Below, piece after piece: positions 63,984-64,000 of a stretch of DNA of 64,000 nt; the first letter of the stretch is position 1, and the number at the start of each line of letters is the position of its first letter. This stretch comes from Octopus sinensis (taxonomy: Eukaryota): the NCBI RefSeq assembly GCF_006345805.1, contig NC_043002.1, positions 85,560,001 through 85,624,000 of the forward strand. Reading direction: 5' to 3'. A model generated the notes under the pieces. That model had not been told where the DNA came from, did no database searches, and saw only the letters and a program-made list of their open reading frames with translations. A program made the translations under genes and the position numbers.

Positions 63984-64000
63984 TGTGTGTGTGTGTGTGT
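63472..64000 (+). mobile_element. Two successive SINE family C copies (junction ~63790)
   Basis: Heads gcaggcatggctgagtggtaagg and ggaatgactgtgtggtaagtagcttgc. Confidence 0.85.

Overview
AT-rich, microsatellite-dense animal genomic DNA. The SINE and MITE repertoire looks like an Octopus genome to me; that is recognition from memory, not a search. I found no intact host protein-coding gene. Nearly all ORFs in the supplied track are microsatellite translations or transposon remnants, so the window is probably intergenic or part of a large intron. Contents: (i) dozens of SINE copies from about four families (my labels A-D), several with clear target-site duplications (TSDs); (ii) decayed Tc1/mariner elements of four types, a scrambled Helitron helicase, CR1 and RTE LINE 3' ends, a restriction-like-endonuclease (RLE) retrotransposon end inside (TACA)n, and a Penelope-like GIY-YIG C-terminus; (iii) tRNA-Arg(ACG) and tRNA-His(GTG) pseudogenes; (iv) at least seven long foldback inverted repeats, nearly all abutting (TA)n. 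The most notable signal is a cluster of minimal type I hammerhead ribozymes at 58.4-61.2 kb. One has a fully intact core (61003-61081, +), one is nearly intact (59477-59564, -), and one is an inverted, decayed pair (59284-59390). Hammerhead half-sites also lie exactly at inversion breakpoints (apex of the 428-bp palindrome at 29.6 kb; the 43-bp inverted repeat at 59447/60245). A 135-bp, 64% GC, CpG-rich insert of unknown origin interrupts a SINE at 62809-62943. Many boundaries are approximate because they were read by eye.
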